Shown one piece after another: positions 17,235 through 26,827 of a stretch of DNA of 53,575 nucleotides; positions within the stretch are counted from its first letter, which is position 1, and every line of letters begins with the position of its first letter. The notes under the pieces are model-generated. The model saw only the letters and a list, made by a program, of their open reading frames with translations. It did no database searches and had not been told where the DNA came from. A program made the position numbers and the translations under genes. The DNA lies in IMG/VR virus record IMGVR_UViG_3300009285_000009, positions 1 to 53,575 of that record; one strand, given 5' to 3'. This DNA comes from a virus.

Positions 17235-18044
17235 ATGAATCTGACATCGTTAAATAGGGCTTTAGAGGCAATGGGTATATCGTTAGGCACAACGGATACG
17301 GCATTGACCAATTCTCTAAACCTTATCATATCTGCTGTATCAAAGCAGATTGAAAATTCACCGTTTTTCTTCAGGTATGCCGAGTTAAAAGCCCGGACGG
17401 AGGATTTTGATATTGAGGCACGGCAGAAATTGGTATCAGTCAGAGCCGTTCCGATTCTTGCTACACCGACCCCTCTTGTTTACAACGATGAGGATAGAGA
17501 GTTTGCCTTAGCCACATTGATTGATGATGATGATTATGGCATAAACTACAATCGGGGTATATTTACGTTTGACAATTATGACCTTGTGGCCGGAAATGGC
17601 GCATTGCGTATCACCTATACCGGCGGGTTAGGATTGCATACGGATAGGATGATAGTAACCGCTGTAACGGGCGGAACGGGCAGTTATACCGCAGATGAAG
17701 AGGTAACAGGGCAGACAAGCGGCGCAAGGGGCAAGTATGTCAGTTTATCAGGAGTTACATTAACCGTAAGCGTATTATCAGGCGAGTTTGTGACCGGGGA
17801 AATAATAAAGGGCAACACCTCCTCAACGGTAAGGACGATAAGTGCTATAACGCAAAACCCAATCGTGATGGCATATCCCGATATTGCGCTGGCTTGTGAG
17901 TTGCAATCAATGTTTATTCAGAAACGCCGTCAGGATATTGGTTTAGGTTCTGAATCTATGCAGGGTGGGTCTATCTCAATAAATAAATCGTTCCAGTTGT
18001 TGCCAGAGGTGGTTGATTTATTGTCACCCTATAGGGTAAGGTAA
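17235..18044 (+). CDS. head-tail connector (gp6-like) candidate with C-terminal insertion
   Basis: Position after head genes; N-terminal LNRALEAMGISLGTTDTALTNSLNLIISAVSKQIEN resembles gp6-type adaptors; extra VTGQTSGARGKYVSLSG / VTGEIIKGNTSSTV duplicated motif. Confidence 0.55.
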   Translation: MNLTSLNRALEAMGISLGTTDTALTNSLNLIISAVSKQIENSPFFFRYAELKARTEDFDIEARQKLVSVRAVPILATPTPLVYNDEDREFALATLIDDDDYGINYNRGIFTFDNYDLVAGNGALRITYTGGLGLHTDRMIVTAVTGGTGSYTADEEVTGQTSGARGKYVSLSGVTLTVSVLSGEFVTGEIIKGNTSSTVRTISAITQNPIVMAYPDIALACELQSMFIQKRRQDIGLGSESMQGGSISINKSFQLLPEVVDLLSPYRVR

Positions 18045-18048
18045 TTAT

Positions 18049-18726
18049 ATGTCAGACGAAAAGATGGAAATAAAATTTGACACTCAAAAACTTGAGCGTG
18101 CATTATCTGTGATGCCTGGCAAGATATTCACTGGTCTTAAGAGGGCTTTTGGCGATGTGGGTGATACATTCCACGCCACTATGGTAAACGAAAGGTTGTC
18201 CGGCCATAGTGCCACATCGCTGGGCGTAAGAACTGGCCATTTGCGAGGGTCATTTAAGAAGGCGGTTACAGGTGGCAATCTGGATGACCTGACAATGTTC
18301 TTTTATACCACCAGTAAGTATGCGGAGATACACGAAAAGGGCGGGACGATATATCCTAAGAACACCAAATATTTGGCGATACCATTATCGGCGGCGAGAC
18401 AACCATCGGGCGCAAGCCAGGGATATAAGCCGAGGAGTTTACCGCTGGTCTATGGTGGACGAAGTAAAGCGGGCAATATCATATTAAGATTATCGCCTTA
18501 TGGTGCGGCTCTTGCAGGGAACAGAAATAAATACACCACGGGTGAAAAGACAGCAAAAGGAAGATTAAAGCGGTTCAAACTAACAGCAGGCGTGCCTATG
18601 TTCGTATTAGTTAAATCGGTAACGATTCCCGCAAGATTAAATATGATGGTGACTTGGAATAGAGATATACCTGTTACTATGGGGATATTAAATAATGCAG
18701 TGGATAAAGTTATTAAAAATAATTAA
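18049..18726 (+). CDS. neck/head-completion protein candidate
   Basis: Positional; YAEIHEKGGTIYPKNTKYLAIPL is reminiscent of virion-morphogenesis proteins. Confidence 0.5.
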   Translation: MSDEKMEIKFDTQKLERALSVMPGKIFTGLKRAFGDVGDTFHATMVNERLSGHSATSLGVRTGHLRGSFKKAVTGGNLDDLTMFFYTTSKYAEIHEKGGTIYPKNTKYLAIPLSAARQPSGASQGYKPRSLPLVYGGRSKAGNIILRLSPYGAALAGNRNKYTTGEKTAKGRLKRFKLTAGVPMFVLVKSVTIPARLNMMVTWNRDIPVTMGILNNAVDKVIKNN

Positions 18727-18741
18727 TAAGGAGAATTAAAT

Positions 18742-19083
18742 ATGTCATTAGTTGTGGACTTTGCTCATTCCGCAGGCACAGGAGGGCTGACTATTTATTT
18801 CAGTATTGAACGGGTTAGTGACGGATACTATTTTGACACATCTGACGCTACTTTTAAGGCAAAGGCAAGCATAGCCGGAACTGATGACCATATAGCAATG
18901 ACTGAGGATGCCGATGAGGTGGGGCGTTATCTTAAAACACAAGCAACCACCAGTCCGGCACAGTTTCTGGACGGGAATTATAAGTGCATCATACGAAATA
19001 GTGCGGGCGATGTGCTATTAGGCATCCACGTTAAATATCTGAAAGACCAAGCGGAGGTTTTCTTCAGATTGAATGAAATATAA
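18742..19083 (+). CDS. hypothetical structural-module protein
   Basis: aaggag RBS; 113 aa. Confidence 0.55.
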   Translation: MSLVVDFAHSAGTGGLTIYFSIERVSDGYYFDTSDATFKAKASIAGTDDHIAMTEDADEVGRYLKTQATTSPAQFLDGNYKCIIRNSAGDVLLGIHVKYLKDQAEVFFRLNEI

Positions 19084-19084
19084 T

Positions 19085-19174
19085 ATGCCCATTAATTGTA
19101 TTTGTCCTGATTGTGGTTGTGAAATTGAAGAGGGTGAATGCATTATTTGTGGTAATTGCCCTGATGAAGAATGA
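19085..19174 (+). CDS. 29-aa Cys-rich micro-ORF
   Basis: ATG 19085 two nt after previous stop; ATGA overlap with next gene; MPINCICPDCGCEIEEGECIICGNCPDEE (7 Cys). Confidence 0.35.
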   Translation: MPINCICPDCGCEIEEGECIICGNCPDEE

Positions 19175-19596
19175 GTATTATAAATCTATTGGTAATAAAG
19201 GAAGAAGTTAAGGCAGACGGCAGATACGCCTATTTGGAACAGGCAGGCGATGACGATTTGCCCATACTTGAGTTATACCCCGAATTCGTCTTTACCGAAG
19301 GTAGGGTATATGATGTCCTGAAATCTGACAACGCAGACGGTATGTTATTGAGGCGTGCCGTTAATGACCGTAAAAAACGAACCTATAAACTGATATGGAA
19401 TATAGCACCGCAGGATGTGGTTGACCGGATAACGGACTTATTTAATAATCGGAAGGGTTCGGCGGGGGCAATGTGGTGGACACCGGTAGACGGGGCAAGC
19501 CAGGTCAAGGTAAGGTTTAAGGCCAATACGCTAACAGTTAATCGTATAGCGTATGATTGCTCTTCAGTTTCCTTTGAACTGGAAGAAGTTTTATAA
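19171..19596 (+). CDS. lambda gpM-like domain protein (second paralog, outside the tip module)
   Basis: AMWWTPVDGASQVKVRF...VSFELEEVL parallels lambda gpM (FLWTPP..IKV.C...VEFSAEFEQV) and ORF 29467 (FYWIPPDATVAIKVC...VEFEEVF). Confidence 0.6.
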   Translation: MSIINLLVIKEEVKADGRYAYLEQAGDDDLPILELYPEFVFTEGRVYDVLKSDNADGMLLRRAVNDRKKRTYKLIWNIAPQDVVDRITDLFNNRKGSAGAMWWTPVDGASQVKVRFKANTLTVNRIAYDCSSVSFELEEVL

Positions 19597-19600
19597 ATAT

Positions 19601-21127
19601 ATGCCTGAATATACTGTTGATTATAAACCCAATGAGGCAATAGCCAAACTTGCCAAGGAACAGGAATTAGGCAGGCCAATAGCCGATTGGGGTTGCATAG
19701 GCGTTGATTGTAAGCAGGAAAAGCGCAGGTGCGTATATTTCATCAATAGGGGTAACTGTCATAAATTATTAGAGCTGGGGAAATGTATGGCGCAGGAATC
19801 AAAATTAAAGCAGATAGGTTCGTTTCTAAACGCCCTTGGTATAAAACCTATTATTAATATTCCAGAATCAGAACCTGAAATAAAAAAGGTTGACATTCAA
19901 GTTGTAGAACCGAAACAAATAGAGGCAGGTAAGCCGGAAGACAAGGTAAACTATAAGGTGACACTAACCAAAGACGGGTTGGGATTCAGACAGGCGTATA
20001 ACGATAGCCCTGAATCATTATCTGAATTCGTAAAGAAACCGGTTGAAAACACGGTTGATTATAATCCACCTCTTGACCAAGGCGGGGTGGTAGGGAGATG
20101 CGTTGAGAATCCTATGCCATTATCAGGGTTTATAAAAGACGGTAAAGAGGCAGATAAAGGCATACTTATCATACGTGCGCAGGGGGGCGTGGGTGATATA
20201 CTTAATACCCGGATGATATTTGAGGACATAAAGAAAATGGCCGGGGGCAGGAAAGTAACCTATGCCGTGTCGGAAAAGTATATCCCGTTACTAACAGACC
20301 ATCCGCATATAGATAAAGTCATATCAAGGTATGATATTAAAAAGGAAGAATATGCCTTTGTCAAGGACATAACCGATAAGTGCGGGCAATACGAAGTCAA
20401 GCATATCCCATTCGTAGATAAACACAGAGCCGATATATGGGCTAATTATGTTGGGCTTGATTTAACTACCCACGAACAGCATATATCGTTTACCAAAGAA
20501 GAAACCAAAAAGGCCAAGAAACTGATGGGCAAGGCCAGGTTAAAGATAGGGATACAGCCGATAAGTTCCAATATATCAAAGGACTGGGGGTTGGTTAAGT
20601 GGCAGGAATTAGTCAACCTGATAAAGAAAACCTATAAGGGCGTTGAGGTATTCTGTTATCACGATAAGCCAATAGAGGGGCTTACCGGCGTTACCGGATT
20701 ATACAATCTTAACCTGCGGGAATGGATGGCCTCGGTAAATGAATGTAATGTTTTACTAACTGTAGCAACCTCAATGTTCTGCTTGGCTAATGGACTACAC
20801 AAGCCGACCGTGGCTATATTCGGCAGTGAGGATTTGGACATTTACGGCAAATACTTCCCTGAAATGGTAGCAATTCAACGCCATCGGAAAAATAAAGACG
20901 GATGGGATGAATGCCCGTGCTGGTCGGCCTGGCGTAATTGCGCAAAGGGTTCTGATATTAGCATAGAAAACCAAAAGATACCGCCGTGCTTAACAAGCAT
21001 AAGCGTAGATGAGGTAATGAAAGGTTTTGAGCAATGCCTAAGAAATTCGGGGCTGATTACTACGATGAGGACTACTTCACGAAAAGAGGGGTTCGTGGGT
21101 GGTATGATAAAAGTGCTTTCGCATTAG
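19601..21127 (+). CDS. GT9 (heptosyltransferase-like) glycosyltransferase with Cys-rich N-terminal extension
   Basis: ATG 19601 just after previous stop; ILIIRAQGGVGDILNT and NVLLTVATSMFCLANGLHKPTVAIFGSED match GT9 signatures; N-terminal CIGVDC..RRC..GNC..GKC. Confidence 0.7.
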   Translation: MPEYTVDYKPNEAIAKLAKEQELGRPIADWGCIGVDCKQEKRRCVYFINRGNCHKLLELGKCMAQESKLKQIGSFLNALGIKPIINIPESEPEIKKVDIQVVEPKQIEAGKPEDKVNYKVTLTKDGLGFRQAYNDSPESLSEFVKKPVENTVDYNPPLDQGGVVGRCVENPMPLSGFIKDGKEADKGILIIRAQGGVGDILNTRMIFEDIKKMAGGRKVTYAVSEKYIPLLTDHPHIDKVISRYDIKKEEYAFVKDITDKCGQYEVKHIPFVDKHRADIWANYVGLDLTTHEQHISFTKEETKKAKKLMGKARLKIGIQPISSNISKDWGLVKWQELVNLIKKTYKGVEVFCYHDKPIEGLTGVTGLYNLNLREWMASVNECNVLLTVATSMFCLANGLHKPTVAIFGSEDLDIYGKYFPEMVAIQRHRKNKDGWDECPCWSAWRNCAKGSDISIENQKIPPCLTSISVDEVMKGFEQCLRNSGLITTMRTTSRKEGFVGGMIKVLSH

Positions 21128-21693
21128 ATAATCAATTCCATAAGCAGGTGGCGGAAATGATTATTGATGTGATACAGCCGAAGAATAGTATCGCCTTATC
21201 AATAGGTTGTGCGCTGGGTAATGTGGTTTATTGGCTTAACAAATTGGGTATCAATGCCTTTGGCGTTGATATATCCGAGTATGCGATAAAACATTCGCAC
21301 GTGCCGGATAGGGTTATGCTGGCTGATATAACGGAAAAGATACCGTTCCCGGATGGACACTTTGATTATGTGTTCAGCCGTGAAACGTTGGAACATATAG
21401 CGGAAGAAGAAATCCCGCAGGTATTAAAAGAAATATTTAGGGTAATGAAGCCGGGCGGAGTAGGGTTATTATCCCCGGCCAATAACTTCTGCGATAAGGA
21501 AGCCAAGAAGCAGGTGCAGGGGAATGACAGCGCAGATATAAGCCATATATGCGTTAAATCGCCTTACTGGTGGGCTAAACGGTGCGAGGAAGCCGGGTTT
21601 ACGATAGATTATGAACGAACCTTATATGCTATGAGCAACGGGCTGGCTTATAAGTTTTATTGGTCAACCGTGGTGATAAGGAAACCATTATGA
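21034..21693 (+). CDS. class I SAM-dependent methyltransferase
   Basis: LSIGCALGNVVYWL (motif I), FDYVFSRETLEHI, MKPGGVGLLS; 94-nt overlap with GT9 gene. Confidence 0.75.
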   Translation: MPKKFGADYYDEDYFTKRGVRGWYDKSAFALDNQFHKQVAEMIIDVIQPKNSIALSIGCALGNVVYWLNKLGINAFGVDISEYAIKHSHVPDRVMLADITEKIPFPDGHFDYVFSRETLEHIAEEEIPQVLKEIFRVMKPGGVGLLSPANNFCDKEAKKQVQGNDSADISHICVKSPYWWAKRCEEAGFTIDYERTLYAMSNGLAYKFYWSTVVIRKPL

Positions 21694-22322
21694 ATAATAT
21701 AGAGCCAATTAAAGTGGATGACAGATTAATTGAAATAGGCAAGAATTTTTACGGCACAAGGATTCAACCCGCTCTATTTTATTCGTCTATGATAATGACG
21801 ATTGCGAATGTGACCCGTGAGCCGCATAAGCCATTAATAATCGTTGAAATAGGTTCTTATCACGGCTTTGCCACTTGTTGCTTTGCATTGGCGTTGAAGG
21901 AAATATACGAATCCACCAATCATAGCAAGAAGGGAATGGTATGGACTTTTGATACCCATCCCGATAATACTGCCGTAACAAAAGCCAATGCGGAAATGTT
22001 GGGTGTATCAGAATTCGTCACAGCCGTTACCGGCGATGGGGCAGGAATGATAACAGCCAATGAACAGTTACGGGATATTGATTTCCTGTTCATTGACGGA
22101 AGCCATAGGCGGGCTGATGTCTATAACGATATTATAGCAACATTTAATTTCGTAAGACGGAATGGGTATATCTTGTGCGATGACTACGGCCAGGAGCAAT
22201 GCAGACAGGGTCAGGATAAGGCATATTATCAAAAAGAACTTGAAGGCCGGGCAATGGAACGGATATATCTGCCCACGGTTGGGGGCGGGATGCTGATACG
22301 GAAACTTACTAACGGGGGTTAA
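21690..22322 (+). CDS. class I SAM-dependent methyltransferase (O-methyltransferase/Methyltransf_24-like)
   Basis: ATGA overlap at 21690; IVEIGSYHGFATCCFALAL, FLFIDGSHRRADV. Confidence 0.7.
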   Translation: MNNIEPIKVDDRLIEIGKNFYGTRIQPALFYSSMIMTIANVTREPHKPLIIVEIGSYHGFATCCFALALKEIYESTNHSKKGMVWTFDTHPDNTAVTKANAEMLGVSEFVTAVTGDGAGMITANEQLRDIDFLFIDGSHRRADVYNDIIATFNFVRRNGYILCDDYGQEQCRQGQDKAYYQKELEGRAMERIYLPTVGGGMLIRKLTNGG

Positions 22323-22326
22323 TAAT

Positions 22327-23391
22327 ATGAGTAGTATAGAAAATTGGTTAGAGTGTGCGGACAAAATCAACTTTACTGTATCGCTTTATTTAGGAGGCGG
22401 AATGGGAGACCTCGGTCATCGTATATATGACAGTCAATACCTACGCCGTTTACGCAGTATTAAATCGGTATTTCCTAACCTAAAGATAGTGCTATTCGTT
22501 GACACCACGAGAAGTTTGGAAACGGCTAAAGCGATGTTTGAATGTAATCCATACATAGACCACGTTATAGTTATGGAGCAGGTATTTCTTAATCAGGACA
22601 TATATATATTCGCTACTAACCTACTGGGCAAGAGAAAAGAATTAATGAATACCTATATCCCTGAAATGGAATCAGAAATGGTATTTCACCGGGTAGTTAA
22701 TCGGATATATGAACTGCTGGCATTCCCACGGATTAGGTCAATAACAATGGATGACTTCTTCCAGCAGATGAAACTGGATATAAACGATTTTGAGATTGAT
22801 GAACCTAAAATCTACTGCAAGCCGGAAGAAATGGAATACGGTATATCCGTAAAGAAGACATTAGTCAAAAAAGACGGCGATAAGATGGTCGGAATACACC
22901 TATTCTCGGCTGACAGTAATCGGATGATAGACCCAACAATGGCAAGAACGATAATTGATAATCTGCTTGAGACCGGCTACAAGGTGGTAATATTCGGAAG
23001 CGGTAAAGAAGCCGATTACAATAATTTCAAGGATGTCAGTAGTAAGATGAGCGATATGGCTTTATTCCTTAACGGTTACAAGGACAATCCTAATGTTAGT
23101 TACCAGTGCAATGACATAAGCATAAGGGAAAAGATAGGGCTTGTGTCAATGTGCGATTACTTCATCGCCTGCGTAAGCGGATTTATGCACATAGCGTGGC
23201 TTCATAAAGTGCCGACCATATCGCTCTTGCGCCCGCAGGAGGTGGCTAATTGGGATGCTTTTATGCGTGTGACCGGGTATTTCTGGGCGATTGCAGAGGA
23301 AAAGCCATACGCCTCGTATATAGTATATAAAGATACCGGTTACTTTGAGGGCAACCTGATAGCACGCAGAATAAAGGAACTTACGAAATGA
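22327..23391 (+). CDS. second GT9-like glycosyltransferase
   Basis: VGIHLFSADSNRMIDPTMARTIIDNLLETGYKVVIFGSGKE and CDYFIACVSGFMHIAWLHKVPTISLL match the GT9 C-terminal pattern. Confidence 0.65.
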   Translation: MSSIENWLECADKINFTVSLYLGGGMGDLGHRIYDSQYLRRLRSIKSVFPNLKIVLFVDTTRSLETAKAMFECNPYIDHVIVMEQVFLNQDIYIFATNLLGKRKELMNTYIPEMESEMVFHRVVNRIYELLAFPRIRSITMDDFFQQMKLDINDFEIDEPKIYCKPEEMEYGISVKKTLVKKDGDKMVGIHLFSADSNRMIDPTMARTIIDNLLETGYKVVIFGSGKEADYNNFKDVSSKMSDMALFLNGYKDNPNVSYQCNDISIREKIGLVSMCDYFIACVSGFMHIAWLHKVPTISLLRPQEVANWDAFMRVTGYFWAIAEEKPYASYIVYKDTGYFEGNLIARRIKELTK

Positions 23392-24470
23392 CAAAAAAGA
23401 AATTGCTTACTATCCACAATAACAACTGGTCAGAATTGGCAAGCGGTGACAAGGCATCGTTTAACCGGGAAGTAACCGGCTTTGTGGTATGTTGCACGGA
23501 CTATATGAATAATACCTATATCAGGAATTGGATGGAAGTAACACCCGAAGAGTGCGAAGGTTACGAATTTGTGCTGATGGTATTATTGCCCGAACAGAAT
23601 CTTGAAAAGATTAACAAGCAGATGAGTATAATCACCAAGCCGGGCAGGACATACAAAACGATTGTTTATATTGCCGATGTTACCGGATGGCAGATGAACC
23701 CGTTTTTACCTGAAAACAAAATCAGGTATATGGATATATTAACTAATTGCGATTATGTATTCAGGTATAATCTGCCAGAAAGCGAGAGTTACTGGAAAGC
23801 GGTAATGAGAGATAAGCCGTCATATTTTATTGAACGGGCGTATCCGGTTGAGATGATTAAGGACATACTGGCTGGTAAAGATGCTTATGCTGAAAAGATT
23901 TTGGCTAATAGCGGTATCAATATAGACGAGCCATATATCTTTATGGGCAAGAGTTTGAAAAATATCAATGAAGAGCGGAATATGGTCTGCACGCTTTACG
24001 TTGCCCGGCAGATACAAAAATCAACCGGGTGGAAAGTGGTATGCTTTGCCAATAATCCGCTTGACCCAAAAGACAAGGATAGGATATATAAAGAATCCTG
24101 CGGACTGGAAAATGTTACCGAACTGCCGGTATGCGGTTGGGCTTCATATATGAAAATACTTAATACCCTGAATATAAATGTTGGCATATATCTTGATTGC
24201 CTTGAAACCCGTGGGCAGGTGGCGTTGGATTGCGCCGGGACAGGCATACCTCTTGTTTGTAGCGGTTCGGTAGCCGGGTATAGGTTATTCCCTCACACAT
24301 TCGTAAAGCATTACCGGGAGATTGATGACGCTACGGAAAAGGCGGTAAAATTATGCGATGACAGCCATTTCAAGAATAAGGTTGTCAGCTATGCCCAGAA
24401 AGGGCTTGCCTTTTATTCATTCGCCCAGACAAAGGAACGGATAGATGCCGTATTGGGGGTAAAATTATAA
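23388..24470 (+). CDS. GT-B fold (GT4-like) glycosyltransferase candidate
   Basis: ATGA overlap; C-terminal RGQVALDCAGTGIPLVCSGSVAG resembles the GT4 nucleotide-sugar-binding segment. Confidence 0.55.
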   Translation: MTKKKLLTIHNNNWSELASGDKASFNREVTGFVVCCTDYMNNTYIRNWMEVTPEECEGYEFVLMVLLPEQNLEKINKQMSIITKPGRTYKTIVYIADVTGWQMNPFLPENKIRYMDILTNCDYVFRYNLPESESYWKAVMRDKPSYFIERAYPVEMIKDILAGKDAYAEKILANSGINIDEPYIFMGKSLKNINEERNMVCTLYVARQIQKSTGWKVVCFANNPLDPKDKDRIYKESCGLENVTELPVCGWASYMKILNTLNINVGIYLDCLETRGQVALDCAGTGIPLVCSGSVAGYRLFPHTFVKHYREIDDATEKAVKLCDDSHFKNKVVSYAQKGLAFYSFAQTKERIDAVLGVKL

Positions 24471-25237
24471 TGCTAAATACAGTTTATACCGATAAGGAAA
24501 AGGAACAGTTCTCTGAATTGATTAATCGCCTATGGGAATTAAGGGCTGATTTAATCAAGCGGGGATTCAATCCACCGTGGAGTGCCACGAGGGGGTGGGA
24601 ATATTCGGTTGTCATCAATGCCACTATGCCAAAAGAAGGCGATAAGGTATTGGATATAGGGTCAATGAATAGCGTTGTGCCTTTTTATCTGAAGCAATAT
24701 GGGGCTAAATGCTACGCCGTTGATGTGGTAATGCCCAATGAAAATGATTTGGCATATTATAAGGAATGCGGGATACCCTATAAAGAAGCGTCAATTATGG
24801 AATTGCCTTTTGAAGACAATTTCTTTGATTTCATTACGAGCGTGTGCGTGCTTGAGCATATATCGCCTTGGAAGAATAACGATGAAATAGTCAGTGAAAC
24901 GGTAAGGGGCTTAATTGAAGCAGGGCGGGTATTAAAATCAGGCGGGATAATGGCTCATTCCTGCGATTTCTATCACCCTGAATTGAATACCTTCAGGACA
25001 TATACCAAGGAATTGCTTGAACGGATTATCTATAGATTATCCCGGAATGGCTTAACCCTTGAAGGTGGGGATGCGGATTATAGATTATTGCCCAGCCCGG
25101 CAGAATACTATCTTAATAATTCCTGCGTTTATGAGAATGAAAAAGACCGTGAAGAGAAGCATTACCGGATATTGCGGGAAGGCGGGAAGCCCGGCAATCT
25201 ATTTACCTGTGCTTCTTTAATATTAAGGAAAGAATAA
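24470..25237 (+). CDS. class I SAM-dependent methyltransferase (Methyltransf_11-like)
   Basis: VLDIGSMNSVVPFYL, CYAVDV, FDFITSVCVLEHI, LKSGGIM. Confidence 0.75.
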   Translation: MLNTVYTDKEKEQFSELINRLWELRADLIKRGFNPPWSATRGWEYSVVINATMPKEGDKVLDIGSMNSVVPFYLKQYGAKCYAVDVVMPNENDLAYYKECGIPYKEASIMELPFEDNFFDFITSVCVLEHISPWKNNDEIVSETVRGLIEAGRVLKSGGIMAHSCDFYHPELNTFRTYTKELLERIIYRLSRNGLTLEGGDADYRLLPSPAEYYLNNSCVYENEKDREEKHYRILREGGKPGNLFTCASLILRKE

Positions 25238-25238
25238 A

Positions 25239-25691
25239 ATGGCTGATTCAATACGTGAGAAAATAATGCTGAACGTGAAATCCACGTTAGAAGGGATAAC
25301 TACACTTGCCGGGTATCAGGTGCAGGTGCAGAAAGTAGTAAAGGATTGGGCTTTAACTAATCTGAATATAGACACTTATCCAACGATAATAATTATCCCG
25401 GATGCAGAGCCGAAAAAACAATCGCCGGTGGAACATTATACCTGCAATCTTAATCTGGCTTTGGAATGTTATGTCAATGCCCAGAGCGATATAAGCAGTC
25501 AGGTTAATATACTGTTGGCTGATGTGGAAAAGGCATTGATGGCTGACCATACAAGGGGCGGATTTGCCATTGATACTACCCTAACCGGTAACAATGCGTT
25601 TTATAGTGTGGTAGATACACCCAGGGCGGGGGTGATAATAACTATCAGGATTGATTATCAACATAAATATAATAGTCCTTATAGTCAATAG
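25239..25691 (+). CDS. tail terminator/tail-completion protein candidate
   Basis: 150 aa immediately upstream of the tube gene; N-terminal IREKIMLNVKSTLEGIT pattern typical of gpU/DUF3168-like proteins. Confidence 0.55.
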   Translation: MADSIREKIMLNVKSTLEGITTLAGYQVQVQKVVKDWALTNLNIDTYPTIIIIPDAEPKKQSPVEHYTCNLNLALECYVNAQSDISSQVNILLADVEKALMADHTRGGFAIDTTLTGNNAFYSVVDTPRAGVIITIRIDYQHKYNSPYSQ

Positions 25692-25706
25692 GGAAAGGAG
25701 TTTGAT

Positions 25707-25880
25707 ATGGGCAAGTATGTAGAAACGGTCAGAAAAGCCGAGACCGTTTATGAAGATAAAGCAGTCATTAAAGCCGTCATAGTGTCTGCTATAACTAAAC
25801 AACCGGCTGAAATAATGCCAGCCGATAATCCGGCTGAACAACCAAAAAAGAGGAATAAGAAGGAGGGCAAGAATAAATGA
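25707..25880 (+). CDS. 57-aa hypothetical protein (below ORF-track cutoff)
   Basis: aaggag RBS 25695..25700; ATGA overlap with next gene; MGKYVETVRKAETVYEDK...KKRNKKEGKNK. Confidence 0.4.
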   Translation: MGKYVETVRKAETVYEDKAVIKAVIVSAITKQPAEIMPADNPAEQPKKRNKKEGKNK

Positions 25881-26806
25881 TAACCAGAAGAAGGCAATTA
25901 GCGTGTAAGGTTGAAACAACGGAAGGAACTGCAATAGCATTAGTAAATACCGATGTGGTGCTATGCAGTGAACCGGTATTTACCAAGGGCAATGATTTCT
26001 ATCGGCGGAATAATGCCAAGGCATCATTGTCGGCTGAAGGCGGTGTGGTTGGCAAACGCCCGGCATCTATTAAGTTCAAATGTGAACTTAAAGGTTCTGG
26101 CACAAAAGGCACAGCCCCGGAATGGGGAAAACTGCTAAGGGCTTGCGGTTTTACTGAAGCCATAGTCGCCGTGACTTCAGTAACCTATACCCCGGCTTCC
26201 TCTTCTATCCCATCTTTAACGATGGCGGTTTATGAGGATGGCAAGATAAAGAAGGCGGTGGGATGCAGGGGAACGGTTAAGTTCACCCATAAAACAGGTC
26301 AGCCCGTTATGATGGAATTTGAATTCCAAGGGGCTTTCCATAGCGATGTTGAAGGGGCAATGCTAACAGGGGTTTCATATGATGCCACCGTACCCCCGGC
26401 TTTCCTGTCTGCGTCATTAACGGTTGATTCCTATGACGCACTAATCAGTTCGCTTGACCTTGATATTGCGAATAAATTAGCCGTCAGGGAAGATGCGAAT
26501 GGGGCGAACGGTTTGAAATCCTGTAAGATAACCAGCCGGGAAGGGGTCGGCTCATTTGACCCGGAAAGCACGCCAATATCCGGCGATGATGGATATGATT
26601 TCCATACCAAGATGGATGCCAATACGCAGTTTGCATTTACGGAAACAATCGGCTCGGTTGATGGGAATAAGTTTATCATAACCGCACCTAAAATGCAATA
26701 TGCCAAGATAAGCCCAAGTGACCGGGAAGGCGTAGCGGTGGATACCATTGAATTGGCTTTAGGGCTTAATTCCGGCGATGACGAATTAAGCATCCAGCAA
26801 CTATAA
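25877..26806 (+). CDS. major tail (tube) protein
   Basis: aaggaggg RBS; 309 aa; sits between terminator-like and chaperone genes in the canonical siphovirus order. Confidence 0.65.
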   Translation: MITRRRQLACKVETTEGTAIALVNTDVVLCSEPVFTKGNDFYRRNNAKASLSAEGGVVGKRPASIKFKCELKGSGTKGTAPEWGKLLRACGFTEAIVAVTSVTYTPASSSIPSLTMAVYEDGKIKKAVGCRGTVKFTHKTGQPVMMEFEFQGAFHSDVEGAMLTGVSYDATVPPAFLSASLTVDSYDALISSLDLDIANKLAVREDANGANGLKSCKITSREGVGSFDPESTPISGDDGYDFHTKMDANTQFAFTETIGSVDGNKFIITAPKMQYAKISPSDREGVAVDTIELALGLNSGDDELSIQQL

Positions 26807-26827
26807 CAAGGGCTTGGGGGGTTGTGA

